A stretch of 64,000 nt of DNA from Trichinella spiralis (taxonomy: Eukaryota), in contig NW_003526941.1 of NCBI RefSeq assembly GCF_000181795.1, positions 4,243,218-4,307,217 on the forward strand, given 5' to 3'. Position 1 is the first letter of the stretch. The number at the start of each line of letters is the position of its first letter. The notes under the pieces are model-generated. The model worked only from the letters and a program-made list of their open reading frames with translations. It had not been told where the DNA came from and searched no databases. Positions 13,556-26,950 of the stretch are shown here, piece after piece. The position numbers and the translations under genes are program-made.

Positions 13556-15986
13556 ATGTTGTATCGAACATCACTGATCGTCATCTTCAACATTGTCTGC
13601 ATTTTCACTCCAATAATAGCCGGTAAGTAATATCTATTACAAATTCGCTAACAAACAAATTTTTTCCTGCACATTATGAATTCAACAAATTTCAAAACTA
13701 TGAAAATATTTTTGAGTAATTACATATAAACACTTGAAACTGCCTTTTGTAATTATTAAACTGTTGATTTAAATAAGAAGAAATTGTTCTCAATTAGCAT
13801 GGAAATCATTCTTGTTTTATTCACCAAATTAACTCACTTCCACTGTACACTATTTGTACTAATTGTATTGAATTATTACACAATGGAAACAAACATAACG
13901 CATTCATCATTAATTTAAAAAAATATATACAGGTGTTTCAAATATTCTCTCTCACGGAAAATACGCGAAGATGAATTTCACACCAAAGTATAACTGACCT
14001 AAATATTTGAAATTTGCATAATGTAATCACTTCAGAAATGAAACGATCAAATTTGTTACAATTTAGAGAAAAGAAATCTTGTTTCTCAAAGCAACAGTTC
14101 AACATAGTAGTAATAGTCAGGAAGTATAAGTTGATGAATTTTTTTTGTTTTTTTTTTTGAAAATCATGTTTCACGTCGTCTAAAATCAATAAAGTTTCAT
14201 AGAATAATTATCTGAAATGCAATTTCAATTTTACCCCATAGTTGTAATTTTAGCATCAGAACAATAATTAGAAGGGAATCTTTTCAATATTTTTCAACAT
14301 GATAAAATTATTTATTGATAATATGAAGAATAATTTCAGAAGCACCGCAAATAATAATTTTGTGCAAATTCGAAAGAATAAAATCACCATCTCGACTTAA
14401 TCATTGAAAAATATTTGAATAAGAAAACTCGTTCCAATTGTCTCTACTTCGTGTCTACTGATATCTGTCAACATTCAAACAGGATGACAACGCTGTTCAA
14501 TCAGATGCGTGTTCACATTGTAAAATTGTTCCAATTAATTCTTAAGACGAATTGATTGCATTCGAAAGTATTATGGTGGATGAAATAAATATTAAAAAGT
14601 GCCTGTCATATCAAATATCAAAGTTGAATCATTTAAATTTAAAAAAAGGTTTATGAAATGAAATCATTCGTAAAAACAAAGTTCAACAAAACCTTTTCTT
14701 ATTTTCATTGTGAAATAACAGGTTTTCAGTGGTACTGTAATTCAACGTATCGCTCGACTTATTTAATTAACTGAACAGACTTTGTAAAATCACCAAAAAT
14801 TGGTCACTAATTTTTTTCAGTATCTTATAATCAATCACATGGCCAACACGTATGCATGGATTGTGTTCAAATATATTAAAGAATTGTATTTTTCAGACGA
14901 GCAATGTGGAGACCAATTAGTAACGCTGTCAAGTACAAACAATTCTGTCAAACCAATGGTAATCTATATCCAACCGTATAAATGTCCAGTACCTGGCGCA
15001 CCTCAGCACTGGACAAAATGCTGCGACCCACCGTCGTATAATTGCTGCAAAATTTCCACTGAAACAATGTCGATTTTCGATATTAATCAAACGTAATTTT
15101 ATTTTTTAATTATGTACATATTTCTTCACTTTTCAACATACTTCGAGGATTTAGGGTTGGGATTTTCATCGCCGTGGGCGTGGTTCTTATCTGCATCGTT
15201 ATTGGCATTACTGTTGTTGTCTGTTGTTGCTGGGAAAAGTGCCCCATGTATTTGATGTGCCGAAGCGAGGCAAAGCCAGATTATATAGGTAAGATTTACC
15301 TTCTTCGATAAACTACTTTCCTTGAAGCTACTTCCAGATAACAGTGTGACTGGCAAGTGAATTGACATAATGAAAAGTTACACCATTCATTATGAACAAC
15401 TTATTTTCAAATTATTAAGCAAAAATGAATTCTGTACAAACTTCAATAAAAGACAGAAACAAAAATCAAAACCGTAATACTAACTATAGAGCAAAGCACC
15501 ATTTACCAAAACTATACATTATTAAATAAGGAAATAATTTACATTTGTTTTTTTTAATTTGTTTCACATCTGTAGAGTGATCATCAAAAGTTTCCAGTTT
15601 CACTCAATAAAATTTAAATAATTTATGGATAACATTTCATATTATTCCCTATTATCGAAACAGTCATTGCATATAGGCTGCTTTCAAGAATTTTAATTGA
15701 AAAGTGATTGTAATTTAAAACTGCTATTTTGATAAGAATATTATAATTGATGCTGAAAGTTTAATTACTGCAAAAATAAAAATTTCTGAGGTCCATTATT
15801 ACAACTATTCAAGATTTTACGAAAAACATCATGCTAAACTTGCACTAAAAGTGAAAGCTATAAATACTGACAAATGATGTTCTATTTTTAGCCTCTCCAA
15901 GAGACGCCAATTATGCTTCAATGCCTACAGAAAATGAAGAAGAGGTGAAACTTTACTCGCCAAAAACCAAACGCAGTGAAGTCTAG
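13556..15986 (+). CDS. Shisa-like/WBP1-VOPP1-like single-pass protein (signal peptide, Cys-rich ectodomain, TM, Cys-rich juxtamembrane)
   Basis: Exon 1 MLYRTSLIVIFNIVCIFTPIIA with a gtaag donor. Exon at about 14899: EQCG...YKCPVPGAPQHWTKCCDPPSYNCC. Exon at about 15140: VGIFIAVGVVLICIVIGITVVVCCCWEKCPMY. Last exon 15892-15986 ends KRSEV*. Confidence 0.7.
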
Positions 15987-18110
15987 CAATCACCATCTGC
16001 TTTTTATTTCGTTTTACAATATAACAAGCAGCTGTTCATATGAAAATTTCAAACTGGAATTCAAAATGCAAATATTATTCACTTGTTATGAAAAGATATC
16101 TGTATTGACGTTATATACTTTTATGTTCTTATTATGTAATGGTGAAAAAAATTCCAAATAATCGAATAAAGGAGACATTTCTCAGAAAAATAATGAAAAT
16201 CTTTCTTACCTGTAATGAAGAAGTAAACGCTTATGACTGTCGAAATGTATATCTCTAAAAATAAATAATAAAAAGTAATTAATGTCTAATAAAAATTTAT
16301 TTCATTCTGAAATATAATTGAAAAAACTTTCAAAAAAATGCATTATTACTGTAATTTACTTGAGAATCTCAAGCATGGTAAAAGCTAACAAGTATAGCTG
16401 TGCAGAAAAACAAAATTGTTTGAAAATCGAATAGAATTAAAGGAGAAAGTTTTTAAGTTTAAGGATATAATAATAGTAGTTTAAGGATAGTTTACGTTTG
16501 AAAAGTTTAAGGATAAAGCTATAATGTTTAACTGCTTGATTCAATATGAAATTTTTCAGTTGTTCAATTTACTATGCTACACGCTAAATATCCATCCTAA
16601 ATGTACATTTTTTAAGAAATAAAGACACACACATACACCTCATTATAACTAACATTTATAAAAAAATACAATGTATTCCTAAATGTCAGCTACCATTTGT
16701 GTTGCCTTCAAAAGTTTCCTTTAAAAATCTTCATAAAACTTATTCTCTGTACAAAATACAGATTCAATTTAACAGCCTGCAATTTTCACATAAAATAACT
16801 TAATTTTCCCACCTCAAAATGGATCAACTAAAGTGTACAATATAAATAGTGCTGTATTCTGAAAATTTATGCCATTCATGCAAGCATGAAAAGCCAAAAT
16901 AATTCGTTATACAGTCAAGAATTTAAAACAAAATTTCACTACAAATGATGGTGAAATATTATGATGGCATTTGAATTCATAACTACATAAAATTGAATCA
17001 TTTACGGTTTACCTTAACCTATTTCATTAGTTCCAATTAAAAGAATACCAACTGCAAAAAGTTGAACATAAATATCAGTATCATCTAATAACAAAGTAAA
17101 ATTTACTTCAATAAACTGGGTCACACAGTAAGTTACTTTCTTCAAAAACAAGCAATAGTAAGCTGTTATTACCTTTGAAAAATTCAAATATGAAATGCAG
17201 AAATGCTTTCAAAAATATCGTAACAGTCAAATATCAATTTGTATTAAAATAAAATATACACTTTCAAAAAGTTGAAAGAACTACTTTACAGTATTCTGAA
17301 ATCCTGACAATGTGTTTACTGTATTTCATAAATGTTAAAGTAAAATTCAAAGACATTATTTTTGATATATTTGTTTTAACACGAAGTAAGCTGAAATTTT
17401 TAGCACTATTCTGATTTTACACTGATGAATTAAATTAAACACAAAAATTTATTTATTTTACAAAGTGTAACTAATGATATTTCATTTTTCGGGGAATTTC
17501 AGATTGTTTAATTATTATTTTAATCATAGTTTGTTTAATGAGAGAACGTTTGCTTCGTTGCTTTGAGTTCTGAAACTGTTAATAATGTTTTCTTTTATTG
17601 TTTTATTTGTACATAATCAATCAATCATGTTTTTGATTTGAATGCTTTCAAACTGATACTAATAGAATGCTTATACTTTTTTACAATATAATAGTGTTTA
17701 TTTGCATACAGTGCATTAAATAAATAAGTAATAAAATTGTTGGTTTATCAAAAAATTTTATTTGTTCATTTTGTTCATGAAATGTTTACGTTGGCAGCAA
17801 TCTTTATTTTGTTGATGTGTGAATTCGGTTATACATTTTATTTCATTGCATAAAGTTTTTCTTTAAATTTAAAATCATTTTTCCATTAAAATAGATATAT
17901 CTCGTTTGTATTAGTTTGCTGTATTACATCGTTTGTATTTATTTGTTTACTATTTGCACAGCGGTGTAATGCAAATTAATTTTGTGCATCAATCTTTGCA
18001 GTTTTTGTTTTCATTTTCAAGGATGTGTTGTTGCTGTCAATTAACGCAGTTTTTGTTTAATTTTGATAAATTTTTTGTAGCATTGCGAACATTGAATTGT
18101 TTATTTGAGA

Positions 18111-21100
18111 ATGACATCCACGCTTAACGTTGCATTGCCTGCAAACTGTAATCAGCATGGTATGTAAATGCATTTATTAATTTTTCTTTAAACTCTCAGT
18201 CTTAATTGCGCAGTAAGATATGTCATCAAATTCAATGCAGATGTTGTAGTTCTGCATATGATTGCCAGTTTAGTGTGGTTGTTTTAAAATTTTAAAAGTA
18301 ACATTTTGGAACAACTGCCACAAGTGATATCGAAAGCATGCTTAACTTCTCTTAATTGGAAATGATGTTATTCTTTGAAAAATTGTGTCACTTAGTTGTT
18401 GTAAATGATTTATAATTTCATTAATTTGTAAAAAGAATTTAATTATGTTTGTAATTTTATTTTATATTATTTAAAAATTAATTGCAAATTCAAAACGTGA
18501 TGTGAGAAAGATAATAATAAACTTTTCGAACATGCAAAATAATGAATTATGAAAAATATATTTATTTATAGCGTTGTAAAATTTTTTATTTTCTACGAAT
18601 CAAACTTTGTTATAAATTTAGACCTTCTCAAATTTTTACCGTATATTGAATGTAATGTGTAAATTTACAGTAAACTGTTTGTTGACAGTTCTCTGGAAAG
18701 TTGAATGAAATTATCATTATTATTATGATTGTTTTTTTAATTATTTTCTTCTTATGAACATTTAAGCTCGTGAACGCAGTAATTTGTTTTTATTAACTCG
18801 ACTGGCTATACGAAGTTTGCTAGAACGTGGTATGGCAATGGAAAATCGAACATTGTCTGCGGATGATGTTTGTTTGGTGAATTTTTTTGTTATATTTGAA
18901 AAAGTGCTTCATCACGGTTTGAAAAGTAATTAATTTAATTTCTCATTTGATTTAGTATGAATGCAAGTTTATTTATGCATTAGGTGGATTGTTGTGGAAA
19001 CAGACGGGTCAAGATTTGTGGTGTATGTTTCAGAAATTGTCTTGCCAGTACAGAAACTTGCTCGAAGCGGTGACGTGCGTTGAGCACTTGCCGAATATAT
19101 AGTAGGCATCGTTTCGGACTTTTTCAAAAAAAAACATGCAAATCTTTCCATCTTTCTGCGTAGTATTATTGTACATGCTGTTTGGCTTGGCGTCACGTGG
19201 TGAAATTGTGAAAGTGTTTTTTTTCTGAAATATTTTTCAGTTCTTACATCTGCAGAGTGCGTGCATTGCTCAGGCTTGCTGTCTTACAGAAGAAACTTGC
19301 CGATTACATGAATGTATTGATAGAATCAAAAGAAATCATAGAGTATGGGTTAAAAGTTGTTTTTCTGTTCTATATATATATATTTATTTATTTTTATAAT
19401 TTATCATTATTGAATAGTAATTGTTATGAAGAATGGGCTATATTACGCAATGAGTCTCTGGCAATTCCACTTGTTGGAAGTTTGGTGGGTTTGCGTGTTT
19501 TGAATTGTGATTTGTTTCTCAAAGAAGATAATTTAAAAGAGCAGGTAAGTTTTTCAATAATTTTATATTAAATTGTAAAATGTAAATTATATATCTAAAA
19601 AGAGTAAAATTTGCATTAAAAATACAATTCATTCGAATATTGTTTGTTCGTAATTATAAGGAGAATGTTGTGAAATGTTTTTGATTATTATTTTAAATTT
19701 AATCGACTGATGTTTATTTATTTCTAGCCAAATGATGTTGATTTGAGTTATATGATCAAATTGCCGAATTTGTCTACTGAAGAGATGAAAGAAATAGAAA
19801 TGATCGAGTAGGAAACTACTGTATCTATCTGTTATCTGTTTGAGGGAAATGAAAATTTCTTTGTTTTTGTTTAAAGAAAAGTGGATCCGCAGACCAAATC
19901 TACTCTTGATCAGATCAACTATTTGGAAGAAAGAAACGCATTTTTGCAGTAAATTTTTTCCCAACCTACTGTATTTTCTATTAGTATATAATTTTTAATT
20001 TTTTCAGAAGTCAGAATGCAAGTTTGATGCGCAAACTTCACAATGTTGGAAAGGAATCTACAACTGCAGTGGATACTGTCGCTGAATTGGCAATGCCGGT
20101 AAACAGTTTTATTTGCAAATTTCATGCATAATATAGATAAGTTTAGGAAGAAGAATGTGGAAATAGTAATATTAAAATGGTTCAACGGAAACAAGAAATT
20201 GAATCAACGGAAATTGAATTGTTGGAAGCTGAAATTCATCAAAAACACGACACTATTGTTTCACTCAGGCAACAACTGGAAGATGTGAAAAAAATTAACG
20301 TAGATTTGTACAGGCAACTGAGAGTAAATTCATATATCCGAATATAATTTTAGCCATATTTGTTCATTATTAGTTATATATATATATTGATGTTATGAAA
20401 AATAATGTGTTTTCAGACTCTCGAGAATGCGTATCGAGAAAAAGAATCAACTTTTTTGAATGCCAAAAAGGAATATGAAAAAAGAGAAAAAGAACTTGCC
20501 GACGAAGCGGTGTCTCGTGTTGCTCAGTGAATTTCATTATTAATTAATTTTTTTGATTATTAATATTATTATAACCGTCCTGCTTAGTGTTGAAAAACTC
20601 GAAAAGCAGCTGCGTGACAATGAAGATGCCATGAAAACTTTTGAAATTGAATTGGAACGAAGCACAGGATTAAGGTGTTTGTTTGTTTATTTGTTTGTTT
20701 GTATTTTTTGTCAATAACAAAGAATAATTTATGGCGAGAATGGTTTAGTCGAAATTTTCAAGCGATGCTTCGTGATGAAGTTGCGGCGAAAAAACACTTG
20801 CAAGAAGAATTGGAAAAAGAGGAAAAAGAAAATTGTCGACTGAAGGAACTTTTGCATAATTTCAACAACACTGAAGAAGTATTTGTTTGTTTGTTTGTTT
20901 GATTGTTTGTTTGGTTGGTTGGTTGGTTTTTATTCAAATGAGCAAATTTGCATTTTCAGATTAATAAACAACTTCGGGAAGAGTGTACTTTGCTGAAAAC
21001 GAAAATTAGAGACTATGAAAAGTCGTTGGAAGAAGTTGGCGTTCATCTTTCGCAGTAAATTGTCATTTGATGAACTGATTAATTTGTTTATGAATAAATT

Positions 21101-21474
21101 TTTTTATTTTTTTCTTTCCATTCAGATCAAAACTTAAAGTTGAAGATTTGAAAGAAGGCTTATTACCATTTGTAGATGCACGTTGGGTTGATGATAAAAA
21201 TGTTCTCGAATGTCAAGGTTGTAAGCAACGCTTTTCCGTCAGTCGTAGAAAGGTTTCTTTATTTTTTTTATTAATTAATCATTTTCGAATTATATTTCAA
21301 AAATGTTATTTATTTAAGCATCATTGCCGTAATTGTGGAGGTATATTTTGTCAACAGTGCAGTGAAAATTCACTGCCATTGCCATCAAGTTCGAAGCCTG
21401 GTCGTGTTTGCGACGCTTGTTTCATTCTCCTTTTGGAACGTTTATCGGCCAAGAACATTCCACGTCCATCATAA
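18111..21474 (+). CDS. RUN and FYVE domain-containing protein (RUFY family)
   Basis: RUN exons (RERSNLFLLTRL...FEKVLHHGLK; RALLRLAVLQKKLADY), coiled-coil exons, and a FYVE domain (WVDD...CQGC...RRK/HHCRNCGGIFC..C...RVCDAC). The start exon at 18111 is inferred. Confidence 0.88.
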
Positions 21475-21767
21475 TAATAATAATAATTATTATTATCCAA
21501 GTTTAATCTTATTTATTTATTTATTGATATTTTGAAACTTATATTATTGGAATGTTTTCAGAATCAGATTGGTTTTTGTACTTCTATTCGACAGATGTGA
21601 TGTTTGATGATAAAATTGCAAGCAATAAATTAAAAGTCTAAATTACATGAATTTCATTGAAAATTGGTATTTTGTGCCATATATATATTTAAAAAAATTT
21701 TTTTAATTAATAAGTTATTTTTTGGAATTTAATGTTTTCAGAATAAACTTTCTTACTCAGATCTATC

Positions 21768-23582
21768 ATGCAACGACGATGGCGTCGTCCATTTCGAATG
21801 AAGCAGACGATGCTGTTTTTGTACATGTTCATTGGTTTTAGTCTCTATGTGTGGTGTAGAAAGTGCTTTATTTTTTTGCTTCCTCATATTTCTTCGGCGG
21901 AAAATTTGAAAGAAGAAGATTTGGGCAAGAAATAAATTTAAATTTTTCATTTCAACAATTGCGTTTATTTTAGGTTTTATTATAAGTTCATTTGTGAACG
22001 CATACTTGGCTAGCAAATTCGTGTCCGGCATATTGTCCGACCATATCAGTGCATCGATCCTTTTCGCTTGTGGTTTATTTATTTCTTCATTTTGCGTTGT
22101 GGCATTTTCATTTGCCAAAACTGTATTCGTTTATTCATTTTTGTGGTTCATCAGCGGTATTGCCCAAGGGTGCAGTTGGCCCTCGTGTATGAAGCTATTG
22201 CAGCAGGTGATGGAATGTGGTGACAATCGTTGCTGTTTTTTTGATATTATTTAAATTTTAATATTTTTTTATTTATAGTCTTATGAACCAGCTCAATTGG
22301 GTACAATGTGGTCTCTTGTCGCGTCAAGTATCAATGTAGCCGGTGCCCTTGGGCCTATCATAATGCCACTTTTGCTGAAAAGTTGCGGCAGTTGGCGCCT
22401 AGTACTTCGAATGACAGGTTAGTTTGGCTTTTTTGCTTTTGAATTGTTAAATTTATTGCGAAAAATGTTTGCCTATTTATTTATATATATTTATGTCAAT
22501 ATTCACGATGAAAAGTTTTATTTTGAAATTTGCATATATATATTTTCATTGCTTTTTCAGGGTTATTTTGTATGCTTTGGTCAGCTTTATCGTTGATAGC
22601 GGTGCTCAGTGTTCTCAGAAATGATAAAACCAATGTTGAAACTCACTCTGTTCAATCGTCCAGTTCAATTTTCAAATGTATTCCGATAAATTTGCATATA
22701 TTTATTTGTGCGCATTCGAATGTCGCGTTTTTTTGTTTTTTTCAGGGTCTCATTGGCGCTCAGTTATTAGCAACGATTTTTTGAGATGGTTGTCATTGTT
22801 TTACTTTATTACATTTTTTATCCGTGCTAGTTTCGAAAATTGGGCAGAATTGGAACTTGTTGAAGCGAAAGGTGTGTCTACGATAAACGCCGCTGCTTTT
22901 GCTAGCGCTTTTGAATTTGGTGGTATTATCAGCGGTCTCGTCTCGGGTTACATAACCGATGCATTGGCTGCCAAGCAAGTAAGCTGTTGATATGTGAATA
23001 ATAATAATTATTATTATTTGATTTTGTTGTTTCATTTGAATTTTTAGGCACATGCAAATCGTGGTAGCGCTCGGATGAAGCTTGCGTTTATTTTTTCAAT
23101 TGTTACGGTTTTTGCTTTTCAACTTTTACGTTTTTCAACTGTACTACAGTTTGTTTTATACATTCGATGTACATGAATATATTATATTCATTTTTTTTCT
23201 TAGGGTATGTTAGTTTTTTCCGGCTTTATCTTAGGAGCTTGTTTGTATGGGAATGTGAACGTTTTTGGTCTAGTTGCTGCTGAAATGGTACCACTTCATC
23301 TCAGTGGTCTGTCGCATTCTTTGGTTAGCCTAGCCGGAAGTGGTTGTGTTTCTTTTTTTCCCCCTACTAAATTATTATTTCATATTTATTTCTGAGTAAG
23401 TGTTTATTTGGTTTGTTGTTTGTTTGAATTTTTCAGCTGGTGCTGTATTGTCCGGCTATCCAAATTCCCTAGTGGCTAGTCGTTTTGGTTGGTCAGCAGT
23501 ACTGCTCATACAAGAAGCATCTAGTGTCGTCTGCGTTTTGACAATGCTCGCTGGTCGGCACATCCACACCAAAGCTGATTGA
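21768..23582 (+). CDS. SLC37A4: Glucose-6-phosphate exchanger SLC37A4-like MFS transporter
   Basis: MFIGFSLYVCGRKCF...LKKEDL, AYLASKFVSGILSD, GIAQGCSWP, FEFGGIISGLVSGYITD and GACLYGNVNVFGLVAAE motifs across exons. Confidence 0.85.
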
Positions 23583-24060
23583 TTAACAAAAACAGGAGAA
23601 GTTGTTTTTTTCTTTAGATCCTCAGCATCATTACTACTGCTATTATTAGTATTGTTTTCTAAGTGCGCGTAATTTTGACGCACAATTATTATTATATGAT
23701 AATCGTTTCAAATAAAAGTTAGCCTTCGATGCATCATTTTAATTCGCACTGATTCAATGGAAACGAGTACATACATCTCTGTAGCAGTTTTACATTTCAC
23801 AACTATGCAGTTTTTATTATCATTGCGATAAATTGTTTCTTTCAGCTTTTCAAATCAAACAGAAACAGCAAATTTTTATCTATAAAACAACAATTACATG
23901 CAGAATATTGAATTTATATGGAATTTTGAAGAAAAAAAAGGTAATTATACAACATGTGATGGATATATTTTTTTAGATGAACTGACAATTCTGTATTATG
24001 ATATATATATTGGAGTATTGTTGAAATTATAATAAGAAGTTTTCGATTTCTCATTTTTAG

Positions 24061-25610
24061 ATGTCTCGACATGTTGTTGCGGCTACGATCATGGTTGTTT
24101 GTGGTATAATGTTGCAACTGTCGTTGCACCGAATTGAAGAGGGACATGTTGGCGTTTATTATCGTGTACTGTAGATTTGGATTTCTCGTTGACGATAATA
24201 TTAAAATTTTTATTTTCAGGGCGGTGCATTGTTGCGTTCTATAAGTTATCCTGGCTATCACTTGATGTTTCCTGTACTTACTTCAGTACGAAGTGTTCAG
24301 GTTCGTCTATTTATTTATCTATTAGCATTGCATTTTCAATCGAATGTTGTACAATCATACTGTTTTGCAGGTGACCATGCAAACCGATAAGGTAACAAAC
24401 GTGCCTTGCGGGACGAGGTTAGTTGGCATTATAATTTTTCTTTATATTTTATGATTGAATTCTAATTATTATTTTGAAGTGGTGGTGTTATTATTTATTT
24501 TGAACGAATCGAAGTTGTGAACATATTGGATGTGGATCGAGTTTACGATATAGTGAAAAATTACACTGTTGATTATGACAAAACTCTCATATTTAACAAA
24601 GTTCATCACGAGGTGAATCAATTTTGCAGCGTGCACTCGCTTCAAGAAGTCTACATTGATCTGTTTGGTAAATTAAAAAAAAATTTTTTTAATAATCACT
24701 ATTTACGACGAAGTTGAGATTTTTTTTTCATACTTTAGATCAAATTGACGAAAGCTTGAAAACAACTCTGCAAAGCGAATTGAACACAATTGCGCCTGGT
24801 CTCAACGTGCACGCCATCCGCGTTACCAAGCCCAAAATACCCGAAACTATACGCCAAAATTACGAACAAATGTAAAAACAGCAAACTTTTTATGTAAATT
24901 ATTATTATAATTGTTAATATACTTTTTTTCTTCAAGGGAAGCTGAAAAGACAAAACTGCTCATTGCGGAACAGCACCAAAAATTGGTGGAGAAAGAAGCC
25001 GAGACGGAACGCAAGCGAGCTATAATTGGTGAGCATATTTTTTGTTAATTTTTTGCACTTTTTTTTATTTTGTTTTTGAATGTGAAAATTTTAGAAGCAG
25101 AAAAAGTTGCACAAGTTGCCAAAATTGAATATGCGCAGAAAATTTTAGAAAAAGAATCTTTGAAGAAAATTTCCGAACTCGAAGGTGTGTTGTTTTATTT
25201 TAATTATTTAAAAATGTTCACATTCTCAATGTATAAATTTTGCGTTGGATACTCTTTTGTTGTTGGTGTTGATTCGAATCATGACTGTATGTGTACTGTA
25301 GATCAAACCTACTTGGCAAAAGTGAAATCTCAGGCCGATGCTGAATATTACAACGCGGTCAAAATGGCTGAAGCGAATAAGGTTGAAATGAAAAGAGAAA
25401 AATAATAAATTTAAAAAAAATATTTTTTTAATCAAGGTATTGTTGTCTGCGGAATATTTGGAATTGAAGCGTATTGAAGCGGTGTCGAATAATAATAAAG
25501 TTTTCTACGGTACGGATATACCGAACATGTTCCTTTCGTCCGGCAGCACATCAACCGATGACAAGAAAACCCAACAGCGGGCTGTTTGTGATAAAGCGAA
25601 ATGCAAATGA
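24061..25610 (+). CDS. erl-1: Erlin (SPFH/band 7 ER lipid raft protein)
   Basis: [63 protein letters not shown]. Stop TGA at 25608-25610. Confidence 0.93.
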
Positions 25611-25791
25611 AACTGACTGACTATTTTCACTAGTTTGTTTGTTTGTTCTTCTGTACACGAATGTGTCGTCAGTATTTTAGAGCTTCGTATAACTTTTATT
25701 ATTTTGTTGTTGAAAAAAATTGTAAAATGTTCTTTCTTTTTTTGCTATTTGATAATCAGAATAATTTTTATTTCAGAATTTTAGGTACCAC

Positions 25792-26950
25792 TCATATTTT
25801 AGCTTTCATCTTTTTCAGCGAATACGGACTTGGAAATGTTCTAGCTGGACACGGGCAGTACTGCGCGTCCGGACCAGGAGGACCAATTGGTCCGGGTGGC
25901 CCGACTTGGCCAGGATGTCCCGGTGGACCGGGAGGACCGGGTGGACCCTGTGCGAAAGTTCAGATGAATTCTCAGAGCTGGAATTCATTGCAAAATTGGT
26001 TCAGTTCTTACCGGTCGACCGGCCTCGCCCGGTCTGCCTTGCACTCCAGGATAGCCGGCTTCTCCTTTCGGTCCCGGTGGACCGCGCAAACCATTCGGAC
26101 CCCGCATGCCGGGCTTGCCTTTGCCATATTCGAAATCCGCCCCAGGCGGTCCGGGCACTCCCGGTTCGCCCGGTGGTCCAGTATGTCCAGGCTGGCCTGG
26201 TTTGCCCGGCTTTCCGGCCGTTGACGACGGACGACCGTCCGCCCCTGGTAATCCCGGCGGACCTTTGGGACCTCGTTCACCTGGGGCGCCGGGATTGCCT
26301 GGAAAATCATCTCAGGTTGAATAAATTGGCAACGAGTTGTTTGTTATTCGACAACACTACTGTCCGTTACCCGGCTGTCCCGGCGGTCCTGCTGGACACA
26401 GGCGACACTCGGACACCCGCTCGTCGACGTAAATCAAATGGTCACCGTCTTTGCCGTCTTCGCCCGGTTTGCCCGGCTCACCGGGTAGTCCGTCCATTCC
26501 GGGAAGTCCCGGCGGTCCCGGTGGTCCGGATGGACAAGTACTGTACGGATTGCAGTCTTACAATAAATAATTACGAATATCACAGTAATCATCACCGTCG
26601 AGTTGTCGTCTACTTACTGCACAAATGTTTGACTTGTCGCTTTTTCAAACGTTGATTCGGTAATAGAGTATGGTGCGTGTGAATTTCCACAACATCTTTC
26701 CACACGTCGTCGGTGATTATCTGTGGATGTTTGGAAAATTTTTTTGAAAATAATAACAAATAAATGAATAAATAAATAAATAAACAAGTGGTTTCACTTG
26801 AAATTCATTCATCTGATGCAAAACATCATGCCGAAGATCAGCAATCTGCGAGTAGAGAATTGGTACCAGCGTGATGCAGGCGAACAACGATACCGCACTG
26901 ACAACAATGGCGAAATAGGCGATCACTTTTGGATTGTTCAATTTCATCAT
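25792..26950 (-). CDS. Nematode cuticle collagen
   Basis: Col_cuticle_N TM segment ([20 protein letters not shown]), RLKKR furin-type site, [16 protein letters not shown], Gly-X-Y blocks and C-terminal [10 protein letters not shown]. Stop at 25792. Confidence 0.93.

Noticed and set aside
25643..26655. Plus-strand Gly/Pro-rich ORFs
   Set aside because: They are antisense shadows of the minus-strand collagen, which has the proper N-terminal domain and splice sites.
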